64,000 nt of DNA from Rotaria sordida (lineage: Eukaryota), in assembly GCA_905250005.1 (NCBI GenBank), contig CAJNOH010000675.1, positions 1-64,000 on the forward strand, read 5' to 3'. This document shows, piece by piece, positions 21,757 through 32,972 of this stretch (position 1 is the first letter of the stretch; every line of letters starts with the position of its first letter). The notes below the pieces were generated by a model. It was not told where the DNA came from, did not search any database, and saw nothing but the letters and a program-made list of their open reading frames with translations. A program made the translations under genes and the position numbers.

Positions 21757-22750
21757 GAAGTAACGGGTGGCCCATAAATAATTATACTGTTAGTATTTTC
21801 GAAATTTCTACTCTATTATCGCTTTGATTAAAACACATTTTTTTATCAAAAGATAGCACTCGAAATTCTCTACAAAACCATACATAACTAGATCCTAAAA
21901 CTGTTTTAGACATTTTTGAAAAAAGATGAAAAATAAAGACATACAAAAAGCTAGAAAAATAACTGGATGGACATAATGAAAGGTCGCGCTTTGCATATAA
22001 TGTTTTCATTACTTCACCCTATTAAAAGACAAAATATACCAAAAGATGCAGCGTGAAAAGCTCTACAATTTACACAAGACCACTTATTTTATAGTTGCAC
22101 TTTTTGTTTTCAAAATGGACAAAGTTTTGAACGATCACATTTCGACCGCGCAAAAATAATATTGTTTCTTTGGTACAAGATGAAGTCATTTTTTCTTATT
22201 TCATCTTCTTATTACCTGATATGTTTTCTTAAAAACAAAATATACCAAAAGATGCAGCATGAAAAGCTCTACAATTTACAAAGAACAAATTATAAAAAGA
22301 GGAAATAAAAAAACGAAGTCATCTCGTACCAAAAAACAATATCATTTTCGCACGGTCGAAATTTGATCGCTCAAAACTTTGTCCGTTTTGAAAACAAAAA
22401 GTGCAACTATAAAATAGGTGACCTTATGTAAATTGTAGAGCTTTTCACGCTGCACCTTTTGGCATATTTTGTTTTTCTAATAGGACAAAGTAAGTGATGA
22501 AAAAATGGGATGCAAAGTGTGCCCTTTCATTATGTCCATCCCGTTATTTTTTCCAGCTTTTTGTATGTCTTTATTTTTCATCTTTTTTCAAATATATCTA
22601 AAACAGTTTTAGGATCTAGTTATATATAGTTTTGTAGAGAATTTCAAGCGCTATCTTTTGATAAAAAAATGTGTTTTAATCAAAGCGATAATAGAATAGA
22701 AATTTCGAAAATACTAACAGTATAATTATTTATGGGCCATCCGTTAATTC
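21757..22750. repeat. foldback palindromic element, ~1 kb, inside KDM2 intron 2
   Basis: gtaacgggtggcccataaataattatactgttagtattttcg... at 21757 is mirrored by ...cagtataattatttatgggccatccgttaa at 22750. The arms are almost perfectly complementary through to the centre near 22250. Confidence 0.85.
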
Positions 22751-22853
22751 TATTTTCTATTATGAATTCTATGAGAATTTTCGAAGTTACAGAAGATTTT
22801 GAAAAATATTATTTTCGAATAGACTTTTATGCATTTCTCGTCTATGAATTTAG

Positions 22854-23158
22854 AATTCAATTTATCCTATATTCAACGTACTGGTTTTCCAAATCCAATA
22901 ATTGTAAAACAACATCGTGGTTTAGGTCTTCGAGTTCCAACATCTCATTTTACAATACATGATGTTCGTTCATGTATTGGTTCTCAACGTCTTATTGATG
23001 TTGTTCATGTTGATACACAAGAATCAACACAAATGACAATGAAATCATGGACAGATTATTATGATCAATCACCAGAAAAACGTTCTCAATTATTAAATGT
23101 TATTTCTTGTGAATTTAGTCATACAAAACTTGAACAATATGTTGAATCACCATCAATT
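22854..23158 (+). CDS. KDM2: KDM2-like, exon 3
   Basis: Encodes EFNLSYIQRTGFPNPIIVKQHRGLGLRVPTSHFTIHDVRSCIGSQRLIDVVHVDTQESTQMTMKSWTDYYDQSPEKRSQLLNVISCEFSHTKLEQYVESPSI, matching human KDM2A DFNVEYIQRGGLRDPLIF...VISLEFSHTRLENMVQRPSTV. The donor is GTTAGT. Confidence 0.82.
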
Positions 23159-23210
23159 GTTAGTTAATAATTGAAATTTGATGATAAAAATTTTCTTTAT
23201 TTTTTCTAAG

Positions 23211-23323
23211 GTACGTGACATTGATTGGGTATCAAATACTTGGCCTAAATATTGGTTAGATATTCAAGCACAATATCAAAATAATCTCAAACAAGAACAT
23301 ATGTATTATCCAAAAACTCGAAA
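23211..23323 (+). CDS. KDM2: KDM2-like, exon 4
   Basis: Encodes VRDIDWVSNTWPKYWLDIQAQYQNNLKQEHMYYPKTRK (human VDFIDWVDNMWPRHLKE...). Confidence 0.8.
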
Positions 23324-23384
23324 GTAAAATAGAAAATTTTGTTTTTTTTTTGATTTTATCAATAATCTATTCATTCTTTTTTAG

Positions 23385-23437
23385 ATATGTTCTTATGTCA
23401 GTTGCAAAATGTTTTACTGATTTTCATATTGATATGG
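23385..23437 (+). CDS. KDM2: KDM2-like, exon 5 (JmjC start)
   Basis: Encodes YVLMSVAKCFTDFHIDMG (human YCLMSVRGCYTDFHVDFGG). Confidence 0.8.
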
Positions 23438-23495
23438 GTAATAATAATTATTATTATTGATTATTTTAATTTAATAAAAAAAAATTTTTGTTAAG

Positions 23496-23916
23496 GTGGA
23501 TCTTCTGTTTGGTATCATATATTAAAAGGAAAGAAAATATTTTGGGTATTACCACCAACTGAATCTCATTTACGTTTATATGAAGAATGGATTTTATCTG
23601 GTCAACAAAATAAATGTTTTTTTGCTGATTTATGTACGAAAAATGATTGTCAAATGATAATTCTTGAACCTGGTTGGACATTTTTTTTACCATCAGGTTG
23701 GATTCATGCTGTATATACAGTTGAAGATTCACTTGTATTTGGTGGAAATTTTTTAAATTCATTTAAAATTCCAATGCAAATAGAAGTTTGGATGATTGAA
23801 AGAAAAGTTCGAGTACCTGATCGATTTCGATATCCATATTTTATTGAAAGTATGTGGTATATTATTCAACACTATGTTTATTCTCTAACTGGTATTACAC
23901 ATATTACTGATGATTG
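23496..23916 (+). CDS. KDM2: KDM2-like, exon 6 (JmjC core)
   Basis: Encodes GSSVWYHILKGKKIFWVLPPTESHLRLYEEWILSG...[74 protein letters not shown]. Near-identical motifs to human KDM2A JmjC ([33 protein letters not shown]). The donor is GTAAGA at 23917. Confidence 0.88.
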
Positions 23917-24102
23917 GTAAGATTTAAATTTTATTTATAAAGAATATGTAAAGTAAAAAATCTCTAGGAAACTATCAGCATCTTGTTTTGTTACTAAGGA
24001 ATTCTGGCAAAAGAGTCATTCATAATAAAAACATTTTTCTTAAAACCAGGTTTTTTTTCATAATGTTAAGCATGTACCTTCAATCGAAATAGTGATTTTA
24101 AT

Positions 24103-24575
24103 AGACAATAGAGTTTTCTATCCAATACACTTTATAGCAAGATGAATAATGATAACAAGGCTCCTAAAAAGCCCGACACGGGATATTTTTCAGGTTCTAG
24201 AAGACTTTGTCTAAGCTATTTTTAAACGGTACCATCTTAAAGAGCACAAAATTCTGAGCAAAATAAAGGGTCGTCGAGTTTTCTATGAACTTCTCATAAA
24301 AAGTTACAAGCATCACAAAAATCATGAAAAAGACGTTTTTAGTCGATTTTTAAAAGAATTTCATTTTTTCATGATTTTTGTGATGCTTGTAACTTTTTAT
24401 GAGAAGGTCGTAGAAAACTCGGCGATCCCTCATTTTGCGCTCTTTAAGATGGCACCGTTCAAAAATAGCTCTGGCAAAATCTTCTAGAACCTGAAAAATA
24501 TCCCGTGTTCGGTTTTTTAAGAGCCTTGTCATCATTATTCATCTTGCTATAAAGTGTACTGAATAGAAAACTCCA
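24103..24575. repeat. foldback palindromic element, ~470 bp, inside KDM2 intron 6
   Basis: agacaatagagttttctatccaatacactttatagcaagatgaataatgataacaaggctc at 24103 is mirrored by gagccttgtcatcattattcatcttgctataaagtgtactgaatagaaaactc at 24519-24575. The internal arms stay complementary to the centre near 24340. Confidence 0.8.
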
Positions 24576-24809
24576 TTGGCTGTTAAAATCACTATTTGGA
24601 TCGAAGCTACGTGCTTAACGCTATGAAAAAAATCAAAAAAAATCGTTGTTTCTAAACTTTTTTCCATCACTTGACTTAGGGATGTGTATTATATTGGTGT
24701 AAATACTGAATAGTGAGTCACTGGAACACTGATTACAGTGACATCCGCATTCGCTACAATATTAAAACATCAACTCTATTAAAATATGCCTTTGTTTTTT
24801 TTTGTGATG

Positions 24810-24856
24810 ATGCATTCCAATGCTTAAGTATGCATTCCAATGCTTAAGTATGCATT
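24810..24856. repeat. short tandem duplication (21-nt unit x ~2.3)
   Basis: atgcattccaatgcttaagt atgcattccaatgcttaagt atgcatt. Confidence 0.8.
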
Positions 24857-25234
24857 AACTATATGAAGTCGATGATCAATAAACTGGAACTGTACAGTTC
24901 TACTTTCATTTAATCAATTTTATTTATTGATTTTTCAATTTATTAATCAACCCTATGCTCTGATCTTATACTATTTTTATCTATTTGCTAATAGATAAAC
25001 CATTCATATACGTCATTTTTTCTTACTTATCACGTACATCTTCGAAAGGTATTATTCATTTATATTAACACTCCACGAAATCATTCTCACTTGTACGTTT
25101 ACACCTTGACAAGTTTCTGTTCATTAATATTCACGAGAGAACATATCGAATTGTCAGACGTCGTTCGACTTCGCATTAAGGACTATGAATAGGTCTCGGT
25201 TGAGACTAAGAAAAGCTTAAAAATGGTTCGAGTC

Positions 25235-25565
25235 ATAGATGGTACTGGCAACGGTCCGGTCTGTTACCGGATTTAACGGCTTACTGCCAATCTGTAGATA
25301 GTTATGAGTTTAAATTTTTTACTGTTCATCATTCTTATTGGCCCTAATTGATATTGTTTATTAAATATATAATGAAGTTTTGTTGGAATTTCACGAAAAC
25401 AAATCATGCAAAAGAAAAACTTTAATACATTCGGTATTAATAATTCTATAATTTTTTGTTGTATAGCTAGAAGTAGTAATAGCGATCCGATGCTGGTACT
25501 GATTTTAAGCCGGTCGGTCTATTAATCCGATATCGGTATACCGACTGGTTCAGTCTAACTTGTCC
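25235..25565. other. second CCGGT/GCTGG-motif cluster (related to 20.85 kb and 35.8 kb patches)
   Basis: ggtactggcaacggtccggtctgttaccggatttaacggc ... gcgatccgatgctggtactgattttaagccggtcggtctattaatccgatatcggtataccgactggttcag. Confidence 0.45.
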
Positions 25566-27106
25566 AAGCCGGTTTCATCTATGCCATCGCCTACTACTAT
25601 TGAAGAATTAATGATAATTTTTATTGATAGCAAATCATTTTCGAACTGAAATTATGTCTCTAGATATGTTTTGATAGTCTTGAAAGTTTATTAAGACGAG
25701 TAATTTATATATGGGTATAAGTAAGATTAATTTCGATTTCTTTTGAAATGTTAGCATAAATTAATAAAATCTATCTTTAAAGGGCAATGTGCGTCGGCTT
25801 TTTAAGAATTGATGATGATTAAAATTCTTTGTCCTTAGTTGAATCGTTATAAATGAGCCATTGAAAATCGAACTAAAGCATTTAAATATTCAGTGGAAAA
25901 TAACTGGAAATAATAATAATAATGTGTTAAATTGTTTCATAATTACTGTAAAATTACTAAACAAAAAAAAAAAAAGAAACACTCCTTCCTTTCTATCAAT
26001 AATGATTATATCATAAATAAAAAGAAAGATTCAAAAAAAGTGAATATATATTTTATTAAACACAATTTTTCATGATTAATCAGAATAGGAACTCATTGAT
26101 TATTTGCAAACATTTATAAGTGACATATTATTAAAGAACAATTGTAAATTAGTTTTAATTCTGTTAATTTAATATCTATTCAAATATTAAGATTGTTGTT
26201 TTTTTTTCCTAAAAGTAAAGACAACTAGAAGATTTTCATCCTCGAATGAGATAATAAGGGGACACCACCTTCGTTGTGACTACAATCAAATTGATACGGT
26301 CTCAACTTAGTAAAACTTCGTACTCTCTTATATTTATGTTTGAGTTTGTTTGCTTATTAATGAAGATAATCAAAATGATATTTGAGAACAATCGGCTTAA
26401 ACGAAAAGGAAAAAAAAAAAAGAATTTTTAATAATATTTTAAAGATATCATATAAAATTTTAGACCTAGATTTCGAATATATCCAATTGAACTTTCACTT
26501 AATTTTGTTAGCAATTAAGATTGAATCAACTTAGATTTCAAATTATTTTCGAAACTATAGAATTACATAGGAAAGAACAATTCTGATAGTATCATCTGCT
26601 AACATCATACTTCCGAATAAGTAAAAATAAAAAGAGAATATTAGAGAACATCGAGGATTTTAGTACCTATATAAAATTTTTATTATATTTGTGAAGTTAA
26701 TTAGCTACAATTTATCATATCAAACAACTATCAATGAAGTGCTTATAATTAACAAAAGAACTTTTTTTTTTTTTTTTAGAGTCAAAAGGTTTTTTTGCAA
26801 TTCTGTTTCTTTTTAAAGTAAGTTTCCGGAATGTATAATTTTGAAAGTAGAGGACCACCTTTATAGAAAAAAACAAAAACATCACATTTTAATACAATGA
26901 AATTTCAATAACAACAACGACTACTCTAAGAGTTTGATCAATAATGAAAAGATAATTGTCTTGACCGATAAAATAATCCAGAGACAGATATTTTGATTGA
27001 AACATATGTAAATATTATTGACATTATCAAACGATTTTTTTTCTTTTAATAAAAATAATTATTATTAAATAGTGGGGAGGTTTTTTTTTTATAATCTTTC
27101 TTTTAG

Positions 27107-27174
27107 TTTGGAATATGCACAAAAGCAACAAGAAACAGATGGAATAAATCCAACGACGCCAATCAATCTTTCAG
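27107..27174 (+). CDS. KDM2: KDM2-like, exon 7 (small exon inside repeat-rich region)
   Basis: Open frame (C)LEYAQKQQETDGINPTTPINLS, roughly human HLTKEFQKESLS. Phase matches exons 6 and 8. Acceptor ttcttttag| and donor GTAAAG. This exon is less certain. Confidence 0.45.
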
Positions 27175-27318
27175 GTAAAGATAAATGTAACAATCTATTA
27201 ATATAAATTCTAACAAGAATTAAGAAGATATATGATTGATTTTTAATTTGTTCCGTTTCATTCAATTTATTAAGTAATATTATCAATAGATAACAAAACA
27301 TCAATTACCTCCGCCTCG

Positions 27319-27339
27319 CTCTCTCTCTCTCTCCTCTCT
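27319..27339. repeat. (CT)n microsatellite
   Basis: ctctctctctctctcctctct. Confidence 0.85.
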
Positions 27340-27732
27340 TATGTACATTTTAGTTTGACGTTTTTCTCTATTCCATGCACACACGCATACGTTTATAAGA
27401 TGATGTTGTTAGTAGGCCTTTTAACGCTGTATCGATTATTGATGTAGAACAGATTTTTTTTTTTTTTTTTTTTTGATTTAGTCATAGAATGAGTGGGTGC
27501 GAACGATAATTACTTATTCCAAGTACTTGATCGTTCGATCGCCGTCATCAACACTTTGATCTGTCTTGTATATATGCATATATAACTTATGAAAATGTTG
27601 CTTAATCGTTAAAAAAAATCAAACATGTTAATTTGAAGACTGCAATCCGAGATAATCGAATTAGTAGTATTCTGTTCTAACGTCAATTAAGCTAGAAAGT
27701 TTATTTTTAACATTGTTCAAACAATAAAATAA

Positions 27733-27735
<3 letters not shown>

Positions 27736-27763
<28 letters not shown>
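27736..27763. repeat. (AT)n microsatellite
   Basis: tatatatatatatatatatatatatata. Confidence 0.9.
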
Positions 27764-27766
<3 letters not shown>

Positions 27767-30058
27767 TTGCTTCTTTTTTTTTTTTTATTTTATTTTAACG
27801 AACACAATTGTATATTATGAATAAAAGTTAATCGGAAAGTATTGTTATTCTTATTGACGAGAAAAAAAAAGACAGAAAGAGAAAGAGAGAGAGAGAGAAA
27901 AAGAATAAAGAAAAGTTTTGACTTAAATTAGCATTGCTTTGATTTCCACAACATTTCCTTTACTAATTTTTCCGGTATTTGATCTTTTTTACAAAATGCA
28001 TACAAGCGAAAAAGTAAATATGAATAATAATAATAACAATAATAGAAAATAGATTTTTGAACTAAATTTTATGCAAAAAAACAAAAATTAGACATTAGTT
28101 AGATATAAGTGAATTAGAAATGAAATTGTCTTTTTGCATAATCAATGGATGTATATGGAAATAGAAAAAAAAAAAGAAAAAGAAAAAGAAAAAAAGAGAA
28201 ACTGAATTTTCTCTTGAACTACGCTCTCTTATTCATCATCAGTTGTCGTTCATCGATTTCGTCAAGTGTAAGAGGAGAGCGTGCATCTTTTCTTGTCAAG
28301 CATGCTTCTTTCTCATGATGTCAATTATTGATTTTAGATGTCTTCCTTTTCGAATTATTCCGGAACGGATCTGCTCTTCTCTTCCTTCTTCTTTTTTTTT
28401 TTTTTTTTTTTTGTATATTTATATGTATGTAATATAGAAAGCATTTGTCTTATGATAACAAACATAGAAGTATCTATGTCACTTGTCTACAAATGAATAT
28501 TGTTTTGCGTACAAAACTATGTATATCTATATTTGACCTTAATGTTGAGGTTTATATAAAATGTGTTATAATATCAATGTATGTTGACCTATATTCATAT
28601 ATGATAACTAAGTATTTGATCGTGTTCTTTCAAAATATTGAAGAAGAGAAAAAAGAGAAAGTCATTTTTGATCATGTTCGTACTTGAATAAGAAAACTCT
28701 AGAGGTAATATTTGGTATTTTATATTGAGAAGCGTGCAATTATTTAAGATAATCTGATAATAGTCTCTCTGGGTATAGAATGATGAAGAAGAGAGAATAA
28801 GATGGTGATCATAATGATTTTTTTTGCTGTTACTGCTTCCTGCATATGCGAGTGCGTTTTACACTGTCTCAGGAGACAAATGAATAGTACGTAAAGGCGT
28901 GTTGTCGTCAGCATCTACTATCATCACCAGCATGTTGAATGATTTGCTATGTTGATAATAACACCATTGCTATCGTCATCTTTCTCTAGTGCTAACAAAG
29001 ATATAGAGATGTATATATATATATATATGTCTATGTAAAACCATTGTTTGAGAGCAATGTGTGTATCCGATCGAATAAGTCAGATTTGGTAAGAAGCTTT
29101 TCAAGGATTTTTCTTCTTTCTTTTCTTTATATTGACTAAATAAAAAAAAAATGTATCGATTAACTTTGTGAATAATTGTCATTCAGTTGTATTGAGAAGA
29201 AAGAAACAAAAGAAAAGAATTTCTTTCTTTTTTTTTTTTTTTTTTTTTTTTATATCGTTCATTCAACCGAAAATAATCGACAACGAAATACGATATTTAT
29301 TTTCTTCATTCATTTTAAGAATTTTCTTATTATGATTACATATTAGAAATCGTTTTTCTTTTTTTTTTGTTCTTATTTAGAAAATTTTTAAATATAAGAA
29401 TTTGATGTATTTACTTTGAGAGAAATAGAATATATAAAAAGAATGAGAAAAAAATAAAATAGTTCATTTTTTTGGATTGATTATTTAATTTTATTCATTT
29501 AAACATGTCCCTAACAGTAAAATTCAATCATTATCATGTTCTTTCTTATTATTTAATGTTGTCATATTGATCTGTAAAACTTCTTTTCTTTCTTCTCTTA
29601 TCCTATATTCATTTTATTACTCAAACACAAATACTTTGTCGTTATGATTTGTCTGGTTTATCTTATATTGACAATCTCAAACATTACTAAAAAGAAAAGA
29701 AAGCAAAAGAGAATCAACATAAATGAGAACATAGATTTTTGTTGTTAATTTTTTCTTTACATATATATATATATATATGCGTGTTTGAAAAGAAAGAAAT
29801 GTTTGTATTTGCTAATTAATAAATGAAATCTTTCTGTTTCTTGGACAACAACTACGCACACATTTATTATAAATTTTCAAAAGTGGGCATAGGTTGCACT
29901 TGTAAACATATAAGCATAGAAAGACCATCAATTTTAAATTCTTATTTGAAATGACAGAAGAAGAAAAAAAATAAAAAAGAAAAAAGGGAAAAAAAAGAAG
30001 AGAATAATTAATGCGTACTACCGCTATTACAACCTGATCATTCGACGTTCTCATTTTT

Positions 30059-30081
30059 CTCTCTCTCTCTCTCTCTCTCTG
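30059..30081. repeat. (CT)n microsatellite
   Basis: ctctctctctctctctctctct. Confidence 0.9.
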
Positions 30082-30248
30082 TTCTCACTCGTCAATCACT
30101 TTCTCTCGCTTGTGCAATCACACACACACATACAATCATAATAATATGTTCTCGCTACACATACAACGCGCGCTTATGCCTTGTTCTTTGTTCAAAATTT
30201 TCCTTCCCTCTTTTTCTATGTTATTGCTGTCTTCTGATCATTCAAAGA

Positions 30249-30250
30249 AA

Positions 30251-30282
<32 letters not shown>

Positions 30283-30283
30283 T
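30249..30283. repeat. (GA)n microsatellite
   Basis: aagagagagagagagagagagagagagaaagag. Confidence 0.9.
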
Positions 30284-30774
30284 AGAAGAAAAGAAATCTG
30301 TGTGCAAATTACTCAAATCTTTTATGAATGAACGCATAAGGGCGAAAAAGGGAAAACTCGTTGTTTCCATACACTCGTCATTTTCTCTTCTCTCTCTCTC
30401 TCTCTTATTATTCATTGCTCCTATTTATTCTTACTTGTATTGATTGTCTTGAGTTTTAGAATTCTGTAAAAAGAAATAAAAAAAACAAACATACAAACTA
30501 CTATAACTGTAATCGAATAGGCTATACACAGGTAGAAATATATATTTGTCAATTAGAACATCTCGTCTTTTTTTTTTCTTGCAAAACATCATGTTATGTT
30601 TCATTTCTTTAATATGCTCATTTATTACTTACTACTTTTCTTCGTATTTTTTCGAGAGGTCTATTGTTATTCTGTTCAAATGATGAACAGTAAGAAGGAA
30701 GCCTTTCTTTTTTTTTTTTTTTGTTTCATTCCCTTTCTGTCTCTATTACATGGGTACAATAAATTTGTCTTTAG

Positions 30775-30983
30775 ATCTGAAACCTTGTCGAACAAGTCGA
30801 TTGTTGCTAGTGAACAATAATAATAATAATAATAATAATAAAGACATTGAACAGCAACATCAACATTTGACTCGATTTGAACTAGACGGTCTACAAACAT
30901 TATGTTCTCTCTTACGCAAATTAAAAGACAAATCGATCCCGGAAGATCTTATTCAACCACAACAACTTTTAGAATCAATGGAG
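30775..30983 (+). CDS. KDM2: KDM2-like, exon 8
   Basis: Encodes DLKPCRTSRLLLVNNNNNNNNNKDIEQQHQHLTRFELDGLQTLCSLLRKLKDKSIPEDLIQPQQLLESME, matching human HLTHFELEGLRCLVDKLESLP. The donor is GTAAAT. Confidence 0.7.
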
Positions 30984-31340
30984 GTAAATTAAAATAGAAG
31001 TTTTTTTTTTTTTTTCTTTTTTAGTGTTTCTATACGGAAAGAAAATCGTTTCCAAGAAAGAGAGAAAAAGAAAAACATTTATAAAGATTGTTATTTGATT
31101 CTTTGTATATGTAGGAAAATCTATCATTTATATCTTATCTATTTTTAATAATTTTTTTATTTAAAAATCTGATCAATAAAAAAAAAAAAAAGAAAAATGT
31201 CTATATATCCTATGAAAAAAGACATTTACACAAATAAAAAAAAAAGTCATTTGACCTCTCATTCTTTCTTTTTGTATTTCTTCTTCGTTTTTTTGAAACC
31301 TTGTATCATAATATAAATATAATCTAATCTTTAATCGTAG

Positions 31341-31454
31341 CGTCTTCTTATTGATCATGCTTCTGATGATTCTCAATTATCAATAACTGGTCAATCGATA
31401 ATTCATTATAACTATAATCATCAATATTCATTTGATACAACAACTAACAATCAA
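31341..31454 (+). CDS. KDM2: KDM2-like, exon 9
   Basis: Encodes RLLIDHASDDSQLSITGQSIIHYNYNHQYSFDTTTNNQ (human ILLEELANSDPKLALTGVPIV). Acceptor tcgtag| and donor GTAAGC. Confidence 0.65.
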
Positions 31455-31617
31455 GTAAGCTAAAAAATAACAAATAACGTAGACATACATGTACATAAAG
31501 TCGGCGGAGCTCTAAATAAACTATTACAAAAGTCATGTTAATTTAAATGTTATTTTTTTTTTCTTTTTGTTATTCTTTTCATTTGTGATATAATATATAC
31601 TTCTTTATATATTTAAG

Positions 31618-32003
31618 AACGAAACGGAGACTTTTCGAGGCATTAAACGTAAAAATCCTGATAATAATAATATGCAACAATCATCATTTCATCATCATCA
31701 ACATCATCAACATCATCAACATCTTCATCCTTCTCATCAATATGATACATTATCAATGCAACAACCAACTACAAATGTTGTTACATTACATCCATCAACA
31801 ACTGTTTTATTAAGTGGACCATTAGCTAGTTCAAATTCATCAAATTATTATCCTACACCTCATCCTCCCCCTCCTCCTCCTCCTCCACAACAACAACATT
31901 ATGCTAATAATTATAATCAATATAATCCAACAAAATCACCAACACAACAACATTATCCAACAGATAAAAATACGACTGCAAAAGACCGACATAAACGTGT
32001 TCG
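31618..32003 (+). CDS. KDM2: KDM2-like, exon 10 (His/Pro/Gln-rich linker)
   Basis: Overlaps track ORF 31672-32025. Encodes NETETFRGIKRKNPDNNNMQQSSFHHHQHHQHHQHLHP...PPPPPPPPQQQHY...DRHKRVR. The donor is GTATAT at 32004. Confidence 0.7.
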
Positions 32004-32069
32004 GTATATTTCAAAATTTGAATAATATATATTTTAAATCGATGTTTTCTTTTTTTATTTTGTTATTAG

Positions 32070-32331
32070 ATGTAAACAATGTGAACCATGTTGTCGAGAT
32101 GATTGTTCTGAATGTGTACATTGTAAAGATATGCCAAAATTTGGTGGTGTTGGAAAAATGAAACAATGTTGTTTAACAAAACAATGTATTGCACCAATAT
32201 TACCATCAACAGCAACATGTCAAATTTGTTTAAAAAAGAAAGGTTCAAGAAAATTATCACAATTAAAACCAGAAGAAATACTTTATGAATGTGAACGTTG
32301 TATGGAAATTCATCATTTACCATGTTTTCAT
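32070..32331 (+). CDS. KDM2: KDM2-like, exon 11 (CXXC zinc finger + start of PHD)
   Basis: Encodes RCKQCEPCCRDDCSECVHCKDMPKFGGVGKMKQCCLTKQCIAPILPSTATCQICLKKKGS...LYECERCMEIHHLPCFH, matching human [42 protein letters not shown]. Confidence 0.85.
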
Positions 32332-32398
32332 GTATGTTTATAATTTATTTGAAAACAAAAAAAAAAAGAAAAATAATTTTTGTTTTGAAAATTCTTAG

Positions 32399-32746
32399 AC
32401 TTCTCAGTCTGATACATCTACAAATGAAGGTGTATTTAGTGATGATATACCTGAAACATGGTTATGTCCAAAATGTATTACAGCTAATACACCTGAACCT
32501 CCATTGTATAAATTACGACCTATTGTTCGACGAACATTAGTTACAACAAATAAAGGTAAAAATGGACTTATTGAATTACCATATTCAGATCCTTCACAAC
32601 AACAACATCATATTTTACAACAACAACAACAACAACAACAACAGCAACAGCAACAGCAACAACATTATCATATGTATGGAGCAAATGTAAATACGAATTT
32701 ACATTATACAGATTCGTATGAAATTATGGAAAATGAAGCAAAAAAA
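32399..32746 (+). CDS. KDM2: KDM2-like, exon 12 (PHD finger end, polyQ)
   Basis: Encodes TSQSDTSTNEGVFSDDIPETWLCPKCITANTPEPPLYKLRPIVRRTLVTTNKGKNGLIELPYSDPSQQQHHILQQQQQQQQQQQQQQHYHMYGANVN...NEAKK. A GTGAGA donor follows at 32747. Alternatively the ORF may read through to the stop at 32764. Confidence 0.7.
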
Positions 32747-32807
32747 GTGAGAGAAAATATTTGATGATTATTTTTAAAATTATGTTTGTTTTTTTTTTAT
32801 TTTTAAG

Positions 32808-32972
32808 CGTCGTCTTTATGCAAGTATGTATACAACAAATGGAAATATTGATTCATCTGGTATAACAACCAATCCATCGTCAACAATGAGTAATAATCTT
32901 GTTGCTCTTGATGATCTTTCACAATCATTGAATGATTCGGATTTATATATTCCACAAATGTTTGCTGTTTAA
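32808..32972 (+). CDS. KDM2: KDM2-like, putative terminal exon 13 (stop TAA 32970-32972)
   Basis: A strong polypyrimidine acceptor precedes an open frame RRLYASMYTTNGNIDSSGITTNPSSTMSNNLVALDDLSQSLNDSDLYIPQMFAV*. No F-box or LRR is encoded downstream. Confidence 0.45.
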   Translation, partial: RRLYASMYTTNGNIDSSGITTNPSSTMSNNLVALDDLSQSLNDSDLYIPQMFAV

